Assembly (NCBI GenBank): GCA_045106895.1
Contig: JBGCFM010000228.1
Span: 1-32,137 of the forward strand
Length of the DNA: 32,137 bases
Direction: 5' to 3'
Origin: Polyangiales bacterium
GTDB lineage: Bacteria; Myxococcota_A; Polyangia; Polyangiales; Houyiibacteriaceae
Of the stretch, positions 16,236 to 26,758 are shown in pieces (the stretch's first letter is position 1; every line of letters begins with the position of its first letter). The notes under the pieces are model-generated. The model made no database searches and was not told the origin of the DNA. It saw nothing but the letters and a program-made list of their open reading frames with translations. A program made the translations under genes and the position numbers.

Positions 16236-19121
16236 GTGGCCAAACAGAATCTCCTCCTCGTTGATGCCGATGCGCGCTCCCTCCGCGTCCTGGAGGTCAG
16301 CCTGCGCAAAGCGGGCTATTCCGTCACGACATGTGGCGACGCAGATGCCGCCATGGAGATGGTCGAGCTCTCCCGTCCGGACCTCGTTATCTCCGACACC
16401 CGTCTACCGAAGACCGATGGGTTCGCGCTCGTCGAGAAGCTTCGCGAGAACGCAGACTGGGAAGACATCCCCTTCATCTTTCTCTCGTCCGACGGGTCTC
16501 TGGAGAGCAAAGTTCAAGGGCTTGAGCTGGGCGTGGAGGACTACCTCACCAAGCCCATCTACATCAAAGAGATCATCACTCGCGTCAACCTGGTGCTCCA
16601 GCGTTTTGAACGACGCGGGCTTGAGCGCCGAAGCCTAACGAAGACGCGCTTTTCAGGCTCTCTCGCTGAGATGGGTCTCGTCGACCTCCTGCAGACCATC
16701 GACATCAGTCGGAAGTCCGGCGTGCTTCGATTGACTCAGGGTGAGCGTAGCGGGGAGGTTCTCTTCTCGGACGGCTCGTTGGTTCACGCCGAGTTCGGAA
16801 AGCTCCGCGGCGAAGCAGCGATCTATCGTTTCCTCGTTTGGAACGATGGCGAGTTCAACCTGGAATTCGGTCCCGTCGACCCTGAAGACATCAGCGTGAC
16901 AGCGCCGACGCAGGTCGTGTTGATGGAGGGCATGCGCCGCCTCGATGAGTGGGGACGGCTTCTCGAACAGCTGCCACCGCTGAGCTCGGTGTTCGAGGTC
17001 GACGACCATGAGCTTATCGAGCGCTTGGCTGAGATTCCCGACGATATCAACGTCGTGCTTCGCCACTTCGACGGCCACAACACACTGCTCGACGTCGTGG
17101 ACGAAGCCGCTGGCGACGATCTGGCGACGCTTCTGACCCTCTCGAAGCTCTATTTCGAGGGGCTTATCGTTCCCCGAGCCATCGAAGAGCCCGAGGAAGT
17201 GGATGTTCTCCTCCCCGGAACTGGCGAGCGTGCTGTTTCTAACGCCACGTTGATGCCGCCGCCGATGGATCACGAAGATCACGAGGAAAGCCCCGAATTG
17301 GGAGCTCTGCAGTACGGCACAAAGTCTGCATCTACCGCAAAACGAGCTTCTATTTCGGCACACCCTGGCGCGCAGACGTCAACGCCCCCAAGAAATAATA
17401 AAGAGACGGGGTCTGTGGAAAACACAGACCGCTCCAGCGACCTAGAGCAAGAGGAACAGAAATCGATGGTTAAAAAGGGAAAAGGCCGCCGGCGCCGCAA
17501 GATCGCTGAACCCAGCAATATCCTTCAATTCCCCACTCAGAAGGCGGTTGGGGATGACCTGGTTGAAGCTGTCACGGTCGCAGGCACAGGCGTCCCCGTC
17601 GAAACCTCCGCCGGAGATGAAGCTGCAGCTGAACTAGCCGCGGAAGCCAAGGCCGCCGAAGAGAAGGCCGCCGCGGAAGCCAAGGCCGCCGAAGAGAAGG
17701 CCGCCGCCGAAGAGAAGGCCGCCGCGGAAGCCAAGGCCGCCGAAGAGAAGGCCGCCGCGGAGGCGAAGGCCGCCGAAGAGAAGGCCGCCGCGGAGGCGAA
17801 GGCTGCTGAAGAGAAAGCCGCTGCGGAGGCGAAGGCTGCTGAAGAGAAGGCCGCCAGCGAGAAGAAAGCGGCTGAGAAAAAGGCCGCCGACGAGAAGGCG
17901 GCGAACGAAGCCGCTGAGAAGGAAGCTGCGGAGAAGAAGGCCGCTGAGGACAAGGCGCCTGCAAAGAAAGAAGCTGCGTCCGGCAACACCGGCTCCACGC
18001 GTTCCTCACGGAAGAAGAAGAAGAAAAAGACCCGCAAGGGACGAGCTCACCAAGCGGCCGCGAAGGCGAAAGAAGCCGAGGCCAAAGAGTCCCAGGACGC
18101 TGACACCAAAGAATCCGGCGCGAAGGAAACGACGGGCAAGGACACATCCAAGTCCAGCGCCAAGGAAACGCCCAAAGCGAAGACAAAAGGAAAGACGAGC
18201 GGCAATAAGGACAGCAGCGCGTCTGTCATCGTGGATGAGGACCTCTCCGCGACATCGTCGCAGACCATTGCCGCGATCACGGCGACCGGCGAGCACGCCG
18301 CCATCGCGAACGACTTCTTCAGCGCCAAAGCCTACGAGTCCGAGATGGACAATAGCGAGGCGGAGGGCTGGGACGACATTGGGACAGCTGCGCCGCTGTC
18401 CGAGTCGGACAAGAAGCTCAAGCAGGGAACGATCGCGTTCTTCGCTGTCGCGGCTATCGCCATCGGCGGTTGGCTGATCTACCAGAAGGTTCTCTTGCCC
18501 CAGCCCGTCGACTTGAGCGACGAAGAGGTAACGCTGCCTACCTTTGTCGACGGCGTTGAACCGGCGGCCACGCCGGAGCCTGAGGCCACGCCCGAGCCGG
18601 AGGTCACGCCTGAGATCGACAATGTCGAGCCCACAACGGAGCCCGCCGAAGGCGAAGCTGTCGAAGGTGAAACCGTCGAAGGCGAAGCAGTCGAAGGCGA
18701 AGCTGTCGAAGGTGAAACCGTCGAAGGTGAAACGCCTGAAGTGGAGGGAACCCCCGAGGTGCCTGTCGAAGAACCCGCTGCGCCGACCGGCGCTTACGCG
18801 GAGCTCCTCGAAGACGCGATGAGCACACGCAATCGCCGAAGCCGCGAAGCGAAGTTGCGCGAAGCTGTCGCTGCAAACGCGAACGGCCACGAGGCGCTCG
18901 CTGAACTCGCTTGGCTTCTGCTCAATCGCAACCAGTTTGCGGAGGCTGCCGGCTTCGCTGAGCGGGCATCAACGCTCGATCCAACCAGCTCAAAGGCGTG
19001 GATCACCCTTGGTGCCGCCCGACAGGCGACGCGCGACGCGGACGGCGCACGCGCGGCCTACGAAGCGTGTGTTGCTCAAGGCACTGGCCGATACGTGAGC
19101 GACTGCCGAGCGATGCTCTAG
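16236..19121 (+). CDS. Membrane-anchored response regulator: REC - DUF4388/PATAN-like - low-complexity spacer - TM - TPR-like
   Basis: REC: LLVDAD, VISD (phospho-Asp), TKP. DUF4388-like: FSGSLAEMGLVDLLQTIDISRKSGVL...W..GEF...LMEGMRRLDEW. TM: GTIAFFAVAAIAIGGWLIY. TPR-like: AERASTLDPTSSKAWITLGAA. Confidence 0.85.
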   Translation: MAKQNLLLVDADARSLRVLEVSLRKAGYSVTTCGDADAAMEMVELSRPDLVISDTRLPKTDGFALVEKLRENADWEDIPFIFLSSDGSLESKVQGLELGVEDYLTKPIYIKEIITRVNLVLQRFERRGLERRSLTKTRFSGSLAEMGLVDLLQTIDISRKSGVLRLTQGERSGEVLFSDGSLVHAEFGKLRGEAAIYRFLVWNDGEFNLEFGPVDPEDISVTAPTQVVLMEGMRRLDEWGRLLEQLPPLSSVFEVDDHELIERLAEIPDDINVVLRHFDGHNTLLDVVDEAAGDDLATLLTLSKLYFEGLIVPRAIEEPEEVDVLLPGTGERAVSNATLMPPPMDHEDHEESPELGALQYGTKSASTAKRASISAHPGAQTSTPPRNNKETGSVENTDRSSDLEQEEQKSMVKKGKGRRRRKIAEPSNILQFPTQKAVGDDLVEAVTVAGTGVPVETSAGDEAAAELAAEAKAAEEKAAAEAKAAEEKAAAEEKAAAEAKAAEEKAAAEAKAAEEKAAAEAKAAEEKAAAEAKAAEEKAASEKKAAEKKAADEKAANEAAEKEAAEKKAAEDKAPAKKEAASGNTGSTRSSRKKKKKKTRKGRAHQAAAKAKEAEAKESQDADTKESGAKETTGKDTSKSSAKETPKAKTKGKTSGNKDSSASVIVDEDLSATSSQTIAAITATGEHAAIANDFFSAKAYESEMDNSEAEGWDDIGTAAPLSESDKKLKQGTIAFFAVAAIAIGGWLIYQKVLLPQPVDLSDEEVTLPTFVDGVEPAATPEPEATPEPEVTPEIDNVEPTTEPAEGEAVEGETVEGEAVEGEAVEGETVEGETPEVEGTPEVPVEEPAAPTGAYAELLEDAMSTRNRRSREAKLREAVAANANGHEALAELAWLLLNRNQFAEAAGFAERASTLDPTSSKAWITLGAARQATRDADGARAAYEACVAQGTGRYVSDCRAML
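17640..17855 (+). repeat. Coding tandem repeat, 33-bp unit (AEAKAAEEKAA), 6 full copies plus one 18-bp partial
   Basis: GCGGAAGCCAAGGCCGCCGAAGAGAAGGCCGCC identical at 17640, 17673 and 17724; synonymous variants at 17757, 17790 and 17823. Confidence 0.95.
18648..18737 (+). repeat. Coding tandem repeat, 15-bp unit (EGE[A/T]V), about 6 copies
   Basis: GAAGG(C/T)GAA(GCT/GCA/ACC)GTC five times, plus one degenerate unit. Confidence 0.9.
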
Positions 19122-19123
19122 AC

Positions 19124-19194
19124 GAGTCCGATTCGGGCGATTTTGTCGCCCGGATCACTCTCCGCTTCGCGAAGGCGCGCACGAGGCGCTTTCG
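19124..19194. terminator. Two tandem hairpins after the response regulator
   Basis: GATTCGGGCGA-TTTTG-TCGCCCGGATC (19130-19156, extendable by GAGT/ACTC) and CGAAGGCGC...GCGCTTTCG (19170-19194). No U-tract. Confidence 0.45.
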
Positions 19195-19231
19195 GGGCGC
19201 CAAACGCCAAAAGTCTGATAGATAGCCTCGT

Positions 19232-20449
19232 ATGCAGGGCTCTCTCCAAGATGTCGTCGTCATCGACGCACTCCGCACTCCCATCGGGCGCTTTCGTGGC
19301 GGCCTCTCACGCGTTCGCGCCGACGACATGGCCGCGCATGTCCTCAGTGGACTCCTCGCTCGTCAAAGCGAAGCGAAGGGCTGCCTCGAAGAGGTGATCC
19401 TCGGCGCGACGAACCAGGCAGGGGACGACAATCGCAACATCGCACGGATGGCCGCTCTCCTCGCAGGCCTGCCGCACGAGGTCACGGGCGTGACCGTCAA
19501 CCGCCTCTGTGGTTCGGGGCTTGAAGCGATCATCGACGCTGCCCGCGCCATCGCCGTGGGGGACCACGAAGTCATCGTTGCTGGTGGCGTTGAGTCGATG
19601 AGCCGAGCGCCCTACGCGATGGCCAAGCCTGAAGAGGCGTTTCCACGCACACCCCCAAAGATCTACGACACGAGCTTGGGGTGGCGTTTCGTCAATCCGA
19701 AGATGCCAGAGGACTACACTATCGGCATGGGCGTCACGGCGGAGAATGTCGCCGAGCAGTACAATGTGAGCCGTGCGGACCAAGATGCGTTCGCCCTTGA
19801 GAGCCAGCGCAAAGCGGCCGCGGCTTGGGATGCCGGTGTCTTCGACCGCGAGGTCATCCCCGTCGATGTTCCCCCAGCGAGCAAGCGTGCTGAAGCGACA
19901 CGTGTGGAGCGGGACGAGAGCATTCGTGCCGGTTCCACCCTCGAGGCTCTTGGGCGACTCCGGCCCGTGTTTCGCGAGGGCGGCAGCGTCACGGCGGGCA
20001 ACTCCTCTCCCTTGAACGATGGCGCCGCGATGGTGCTCCTCGCGTCCCGCGCCTGGGCCGAAAAGCATGGCGTCACGCCCCGCGCCCGCTTCGTCTCCAG
20101 CGCGAGCGCTGGCGTGCACCCCAACGTGATGGGCATCGGACCGATCCCTTCCACTCAGAAAGCGCTCGCACGTGCCGGACTAACGGCGGCAGATATCGAC
20201 GTTGTCGAGCTGAACGAAGCCTTCGCGGCCCAAAGCCTCGCCTGCATGCGCACCCTCGAGTTCAACCCCGAGAATGTGAACATACACGGTGGCGCCATCG
20301 CCCTTGGACACCCCATCGGCTGCAGCGGAGCACGCATCGTGGCGACGCTCCTCGGCGCTATGGAAGCTCGCGACGCCAAACGCGGCGTCGCCACCCTTTG
20401 CATCGGCGTGGGACAAGGGCTCGCCGCCGTATTTGAAAAGATCTCGTGA
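19232..20449 (+). CDS. Acetyl-CoA C-acyltransferase (thiolase, PcaF/PaaJ-like)
   Basis: RTPIG, NRLCGSG (catalytic Cys), [26 protein letters not shown]. Confidence 0.93.
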   Translation: MQGSLQDVVVIDALRTPIGRFRGGLSRVRADDMAAHVLSGLLARQSEAKGCLEEVILGATNQAGDDNRNIARMAALLAGLPHEVTGVTVNRLCGSGLEAIIDAARAIAVGDHEVIVAGGVESMSRAPYAMAKPEEAFPRTPPKIYDTSLGWRFVNPKMPEDYTIGMGVTAENVAEQYNVSRADQDAFALESQRKAAAAWDAGVFDREVIPVDVPPASKRAEATRVERDESIRAGSTLEALGRLRPVFREGGSVTAGNSSPLNDGAAMVLLASRAWAEKHGVTPRARFVSSASAGVHPNVMGIGPIPSTQKALARAGLTAADIDVVELNEAFAAQSLACMRTLEFNPENVNIHGGAIALGHPIGCSGARIVATLLGAMEARDAKRGVATLCIGVGQGLAAVFEKIS

Positions 20450-21459
20450 GCGTTCGTGTTGCCATCGTCGGCGCCGGCGCGTGGGGTCGAAACCATGTCC
20501 GCACTTTTGCGAATCTAGAGGGAGCCAAGCTCACCGCCGTTTGCGATAAACGCCCGGCGGTCCTCGACGCGATGCGTGGAGGTCTTCCGGACACCAAGTT
20601 TGTGTCTGAGACCGAGGAGGCGCTCGCTCTCGCAGACGCCGTCGTCGTCGCGACCGACGCGCCATCCCATGTGGACGTCGCCCTACAGGCGCTCCGCGCG
20701 GACAAAGACGTGCTTGTGGAGAAGCCCTTGGCGCTCTCCAGCGCCGACGCGCTCAAGCTCTGCCAAGAAGCGGACGCCCGTGGCCGTATGCTGATGGTCG
20801 GCCATCTGCTTCTCTATCATCCAGCCATCGAAGCGCTTCGCGCGATCATCGATTCCGGTGAGCTCGGCGAGGTGCTCTATGTGGTCTGCCGCCGTCTCAA
20901 CCTGGGCGTGGTTCGACAGCGTGAGAACGCCTGGTGGTCTCTCGCTCCTCATGACCTCAGCATCGCGCGCTATCTCCTCGGCAGCGACCCCGTCGCCGTC
21001 GCCGCGAACGGCGGCACCTTTCTACAAGACGGGATCGAAGACGTCGTCTTTGGGACCGTGCGCTTTGGTCAGAAGCAGCTCGCGCACATCCACGTCAGCT
21101 GGCTCGACCCACACAAAGTGCGCTCGCTGACCGTCGTCGGTTCCAAGAAGATGGCGGTCTTCGACGACACCTCGCCAGACCAGAAGCTCGTGCTCTTCGA
21201 CAAAGGCGTCGAGCGTCCGCCGGCGGCGGTCTCCTACGCCGAGGGCGTTCGCATTCGCACTGGCGATATTCGTATCCCGGCGATTCGTATGGCCGAACCC
21301 CTCAAACGAGAATGCGGCGCGTTCATCGACGCGGTGCAGTCGCGCAAGCCGCCTATCGCGGATGGACGAAGCGGCCTTGCCGTGGTCCGAGCCCTGGAAG
21401 CTGGTGCTCGAAGCCTTGAGCAAGGCGGCGTCGAAGTCGCGATTCAAACCGGAGAATAG
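20446..21459 (+). CDS. Gfo/Idh/MocA oxidoreductase; likely WbpB/WlbA-type nucleotide-sugar 3-dehydrogenase
   Basis: GAGAWG Rossmann motif, VEKP, MVGH, SLAPHD; directly upstream of WbpD- and WbpE-like genes. Confidence 0.85.
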   Translation: MSVRVAIVGAGAWGRNHVRTFANLEGAKLTAVCDKRPAVLDAMRGGLPDTKFVSETEEALALADAVVVATDAPSHVDVALQALRADKDVLVEKPLALSSADALKLCQEADARGRMLMVGHLLLYHPAIEALRAIIDSGELGEVLYVVCRRLNLGVVRQRENAWWSLAPHDLSIARYLLGSDPVAVAANGGTFLQDGIEDVVFGTVRFGQKQLAHIHVSWLDPHKVRSLTVVGSKKMAVFDDTSPDQKLVLFDKGVERPPAAVSYAEGVRIRTGDIRIPAIRMAEPLKRECGAFIDAVQSRKPPIADGRSGLAVVRALEAGARSLEQGGVEVAIQTGE

Positions 21460-21461
21460 TC

Positions 21462-22043
21462 ATGTCTGTGCACCCCGATGCGTTTGTCCACAACACAGCC
21501 GTCGTCGACGAAGGCGCGACCATTGGCGAACAAACGAAGGTGTGGCACTTCGCCCATGTGTGCGGCGGGGCGACGGTGGGACCTCGCTGTGTCCTCGGTC
21601 AGAACGTGTTTCTCGCCCCGGGAGTCAAGCTCGGGGCCGGCGTCAAAATCCAGAACAACGTCTCCGTCTACAAAGGCGTGGTCGTCGAAGACGATGCGTT
21701 TCTCGGTCCTAGCTGCGTCTTCACCAACGTGAATCACCCCCGCGCACACGTTGAGCGCAAGACGGAGTTCTTGCCGACCCGCGTGGGCAAAGGCGCGTCC
21801 GTGGGCGCGAACGCCACCATCGTCTGTGGCAACCAGCTGGGCGACTACTGTTTCGTGGGCGCGGGCGCCGTCGTCACCCACAACGTCGAAGCGCATTCGC
21901 TCGTCTACGGCACACCCGCGCGCCATCGCGGCTGGGTTTGTCGATGCGGAGAGATCCTACCCAGCACGGGTCTGTGCCAGCGATGCGGCGATACCTACAA
22001 ACTCGGCGAGAGCTGTCAGCTGCTGAAAGAAGGCCAATCGTGA
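21462..22043 (+). CDS. Hexapeptide-repeat N-acetyltransferase, WbpD/WlbB-like
   Basis: TKVWHFAHV, LGQNVF, VKIQNNVSVYKGV, GPSCVFTNVNHPRA, GANATIVCG; C-terminal CRCG...CQRCG. Confidence 0.9.
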   Translation: MSVHPDAFVHNTAVVDEGATIGEQTKVWHFAHVCGGATVGPRCVLGQNVFLAPGVKLGAGVKIQNNVSVYKGVVVEDDAFLGPSCVFTNVNHPRAHVERKTEFLPTRVGKGASVGANATIVCGNQLGDYCFVGAGAVVTHNVEAHSLVYGTPARHRGWVCRCGEILPSTGLCQRCGDTYKLGESCQLLKEGQS

Positions 22044-23152
22044 CTCAGAACATTCCAATGCTCGATGTGGTTGCGCAGAACGCGCCGGTGCGCGCGGAGC
22101 TTGAAGCCGCGTTTGCACGAACCCTCGACACGGGCCGCTTCATCATGGGCCCGGAAGTCGTCGCCCTGGAGAGCGAGCTCGCTGCCTACGTCGGCGCCAA
22201 GCACGCCATTGGCGTGTCTTCCGGCACCGACGCGCTCCTCGTGTCGCTCATGGCCCTTGGCATTGGTGCCGGCGACGAAGTCATTACAACCCCGTTCACG
22301 TTCTTCGCGACAGGGGGCTGTATTTCGCGTCTCGGCGCGACACCGGTCTTTGTCGATATTCGTCCCGATACATTCAACCTGGACGAGTCGAAGGTCGCGG
22401 CGGCGATCACGCCGAAGACCCGCGCCATCTTGCCGGTTCATCTCTACGGTCAGTCCTGCGACATGGGCGCGCTTCGACAAGCGTGTGGGGATATCCCGAT
22501 CATCGAAGACGCAGCTCAGTCTTTGGGGTCTCGTTTTCAAGGGAAGGGCGTTGGCTCCATCGGGACCTTCGGCTGTTTCTCGTTCTTCCCGTCGAAGAAC
22601 CTCGGCGCGCTGGGCGACGGAGGTCTCGTGACAACGAACGACGACGCGTTGGCGGAGAAGGTGCGAGTCCTGCGGGCTCACGGCAGCAAGCCTAAGTACT
22701 TCCACGCCCTCGTCGGTGGCAACTTCCGACTTGATGCGCTCCAGGCCTCGCTGCTTCGCGTGAAGTTCCCGCGCCTCGACGGCTGGGCTGAGGCTCGCCG
22801 AAAAAACGCGGCATACTACTCCGAACGCTTCTTGGGTGCTGCGCTTCCCGAGGGCCGCCTCACGCCACCGCCCGTGGTGGAAGAAGGCCACGTGTTCAAT
22901 CAGTATGTGATTCGAACAGACAAGCGTGACGAGCTCGCGGCGGGCTTGAAAGAGGCCGGCATCGCGAGCGCCATCTACTATCCGCGGGCGCTCCACATGC
23001 AGGAGTGCTTTGCGGATCTAGGCTACGCCGAAGGCGCCTTTCCCGTCGCGGAGAAAGCCGCGGGCGAAGTCCTCGCCATCCCAGTGTACCCAGAGCTCGG
23101 CGACGCCCTTCGGGAACGCGTCGCGGACACTGTTGTCGCGCTGCTTAGCTAG
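22040..23152 (+). CDS. DegT/DnrJ/EryC1/StrS PLP aminotransferase, WbpE/WlbC-like
   Basis: SSGTDALL, TPFTFFAT, PVHLYGQ, EDAAQ, SFFPSKNLG (PLP Lys), NFRLDALQA. GTG start at 22040 (GTGA overlap). Confidence 0.92.
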   Translation: MTQNIPMLDVVAQNAPVRAELEAAFARTLDTGRFIMGPEVVALESELAAYVGAKHAIGVSSGTDALLVSLMALGIGAGDEVITTPFTFFATGGCISRLGATPVFVDIRPDTFNLDESKVAAAITPKTRAILPVHLYGQSCDMGALRQACGDIPIIEDAAQSLGSRFQGKGVGSIGTFGCFSFFPSKNLGALGDGGLVTTNDDALAEKVRVLRAHGSKPKYFHALVGGNFRLDALQASLLRVKFPRLDGWAEARRKNAAYYSERFLGAALPEGRLTPPPVVEEGHVFNQYVIRTDKRDELAAGLKEAGIASAIYYPRALHMQECFADLGYAEGAFPVAEKAAGEVLAIPVYPELGDALRERVADTVVALLS

Positions 23153-23825
23153 CTTGCTGGAGTAGCGAGGTCACAAGCTCACGCACGCTTGAGAAACGCG
23201 GCGCTGCGTCGTAGTTGGGAAAGTCGTCGTTGGGATCGATGAGGAAAGGACGAACTCCGGCCTCGCGTGCCCCTTCGACGTCCACGTCGGGAATGTCCCC
23301 GGCGTACACGGCGTCCTCGGCTCGGATACCGAGCGTCTTGAGTGCGATCTCGAAGATACGGGGGTCCGGCTTACGAATACCAACGTTCGCTGAGTCCACG
23401 ATGATTTCGAACATGTCTTCGAGGCCGACCTTGTCGAAGAGTTCCACCAGTCGACCCTCGGAGTTGCTCACGATGGCGGGCACCCAGCCTGCAGCGCGCG
23501 CATCGTGCAGAGCTTCCACGAGCTCGCTGGGGACGCGTCGCCAGAAGTTGAACTCTTCGTGCGCGACTTCTAACGCATCGACGTGCGCTTCTAGGTCTCC
23601 TTCGACATGGGCCGCTTCGAGCAGCGTCTTCATGAAGACCCGCCAGCCATTTTCGTGGCTCGCGCCCTCACTCAAGTGCTGAGCGTAGGTGTCTTTCGCG
23701 ACTCGTTCCGCCATGCGGACGGCCTCGGCGTCACCACCCACAGTGGCAGCCACGGCGGCATGGTCGAGAAAGACGACGGTGTTGCCAGCGTCGAGGAGCA
23801 GCGCCCTGCGCTTCACAGGGACCAT
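23145..23825 (-). CDS. HAD-superfamily hydrolase (subfamily IA)
   Basis: Motif I DAGNT, motif II VSN, motif III KPDPRIF, motif IV GDIPDVD. Confidence 0.88.
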   Translation of the reverse strand: MVPVKRRALLLDAGNTVVFLDHAAVAATVGGDAEAVRMAERVAKDTYAQHLSEGASHENGWRVFMKTLLEAAHVEGDLEAHVDALEVAHEEFNFWRRVPSELVEALHDARAAGWVPAIVSNSEGRLVELFDKVGLEDMFEIIVDSANVGIRKPDPRIFEIALKTLGIRAEDAVYAGDIPDVDVEGAREAGVRPFLIDPNDDFPNYDAAPRFSSVRELVTSLLQQAS

Positions 23826-23829
23826 CCGT

Positions 23830-24789
23830 TCACGGAATCAACTGAAAGTCGGCGACGAGGGCGCTGTGGTCGCTGGAACCATCCCGCACAAAACGAAGCT
23901 GGACCATGTCGTCGGACATCGCCTGGCTCCCCATCATATAGTCGAGCTGTTCGCGCCCGTTGAAGATGAAACTCCAGCGGTCCGCGGCAGGCACCGTGAG
24001 GGTCAGGTCGATGATCTCATCGCCCGCCGTCATTGCCGCGTAGGTCGGCGAATCTGGCGTATCGTTCATATCCCCCGCGAAGATCACGTGGTCACGTGTG
24101 TTGGCTCGCCGCCCCAAGAGGTCGCGTGCTTGTGCCGCTTCACCTTCGCGCCGCGCATCTCGTTCCGCGCACTCGGCGGGTGAGTCGACGCAGCGCTGGG
24201 AGAGGAAGTGACTGGTCATCACGAGCACGTCGATGCCATTCGCGTTCACAAAGACCTCCAGCGCGTCGCGTGTGAAGCGCTGCGATTCGCCCGTCGGTCC
24301 CAAGAACGACTCGCCGATATGGCTGACGACGTTCGTGACGGGAAAGCGCGAGATGTACCCCACGTCGATCCCGCGAGGGTCAAAGCTGTCCATCAGACCC
24401 ACGTAGTCGTATCCCATTCCTCCAAGACCTTCGTCGACGAGGCGCTGCAGCAAAGGGAGGTTCTCCACCTCTTGGAGCGCCACGAAATCAGGGTTCTCTT
24501 CGCGAATCCGCGCCGAGATGCTGTTGATCTTGCGGGTCACGGCGGCGCTTGTTTGCACCTCGTCGAAGGGAACATCCGGGTCGTTTTGGTTGTCGAAAAA
24601 GTTCTCGACGTTCCACGACATGATCCGATACGGCACAACGCTCGGCGTCGGCGTGTCCCTTGGCACGGAGGTGTCGACCCCAGGAACATCCGGGGCCCCG
24701 CCCGAGTCCGCTGGGCGAGAGTCATCGCCGCACGCGGCGGCGAAAACAAACAACCCTATTAAAAAAGTGTGCCGAAGTCCGGTGTTCAT
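23830..24789 (-). CDS. Endonuclease/exonuclease/phosphatase (EEP) family lipoprotein
   Basis: FAAAC lipobox; SWNVENFFD, ALQEVEN, DPRGIDV, AGDMND, LDY, SDH. Confidence 0.9.
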   Translation of the reverse strand: MNTGLRHTFLIGLFVFAAACGDDSRPADSGGAPDVPGVDTSVPRDTPTPSVVPYRIMSWNVENFFDNQNDPDVPFDEVQTSAAVTRKINSISARIREENPDFVALQEVENLPLLQRLVDEGLGGMGYDYVGLMDSFDPRGIDVGYISRFPVTNVVSHIGESFLGPTGESQRFTRDALEVFVNANGIDVLVMTSHFLSQRCVDSPAECAERDARREGEAAQARDLLGRRANTRDHVIFAGDMNDTPDSPTYAAMTAGDEIIDLTLTVPAADRWSFIFNGREQLDYMMGSQAMSDDMVQLRFVRDGSSDHSALVADFQLIP

Positions 24790-24818
24790 TCAGCGCGGTT
24801 CCAATCGGCAACGTTCAT

Positions 24819-25202
24819 CTAGAGGAGCTCGAGCATTCGCTTCGCACGAACAGTCGCTGCCTCAAGGAGAGGTCCCGCTTCTTCGACGGGAACCTTGAGC
24901 TTCGTGACGAGACGGTCGAGGACCGCTTTCTCGTCGTCGCTTTGGTCGCCGTCCACAAAACTAAGGATGACCGCGTGCTGCAGCAGCATTCGCCGGTCCG
25001 TCGCGCTGAGATCTGTGATGGAGACATCATCGATGTCGCGCTGCTCTTTGGCGTACTCGCGAATCGACTCGGCATCCTCGCCGTCGAGCTCGAAGGACGA
25101 AATAAGAGCTTCGATGACTTCTTTTTCCTCATCGTCGACTCGGCCGTCGGCCCAAGCCACCGCCACGAGGGACTTCACCATAGCTTCTTGATAATCTTGC
25201 AT
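24819..25202 (-). CDS. TerB-like protein
   Basis: Two pseudo-symmetric motifs, AWADGRVDDEE and SFVDGDQSDDE, in a small acidic helical protein. Confidence 0.8.
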   Translation of the reverse strand: MQDYQEAMVKSLVAVAWADGRVDDEEKEVIEALISSFELDGEDAESIREYAKEQRDIDDVSITDLSATDRRMLLQHAVILSFVDGDQSDDEKAVLDRLVTKLKVPVEEAGPLLEAATVRAKRMLELL

Positions 25203-25254
25203 CTTTGCCTCCCTGATCGCCCGGGAACATAACAGAAAATTGCGGCAGCGGGCG

Positions 25255-25281
25255 CTTGAAGGATCGATCCTCCCCCCTATT
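25255..25281 (+). promoter_or_regulatory. Possible sigma32/RpoH-type promoter for tldD
   Basis: CTTGAA (25255-25260), 13 bp spacer, CCCCTATT (25274-25281). Confidence 0.4.
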
Positions 25282-25318
25282 CAAGCGGGGTCCCAGGCCT
25301 TATGTTTCCCGGACTCAT

Positions 25319-26754
<1,436 letters not shown>

Positions 26755-26758
<4 letters not shown>

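Noticed and set aside
17640..17855. 33-bp repeats as a CRISPR array
   Set aside because: No spacers, in-frame coding with synonymous variation, and no cas genes.
24819..25202. Tellurite-resistance (ter) operon
   Set aside because: A single TerB-like gene with no terA, terC, terD or terZ.
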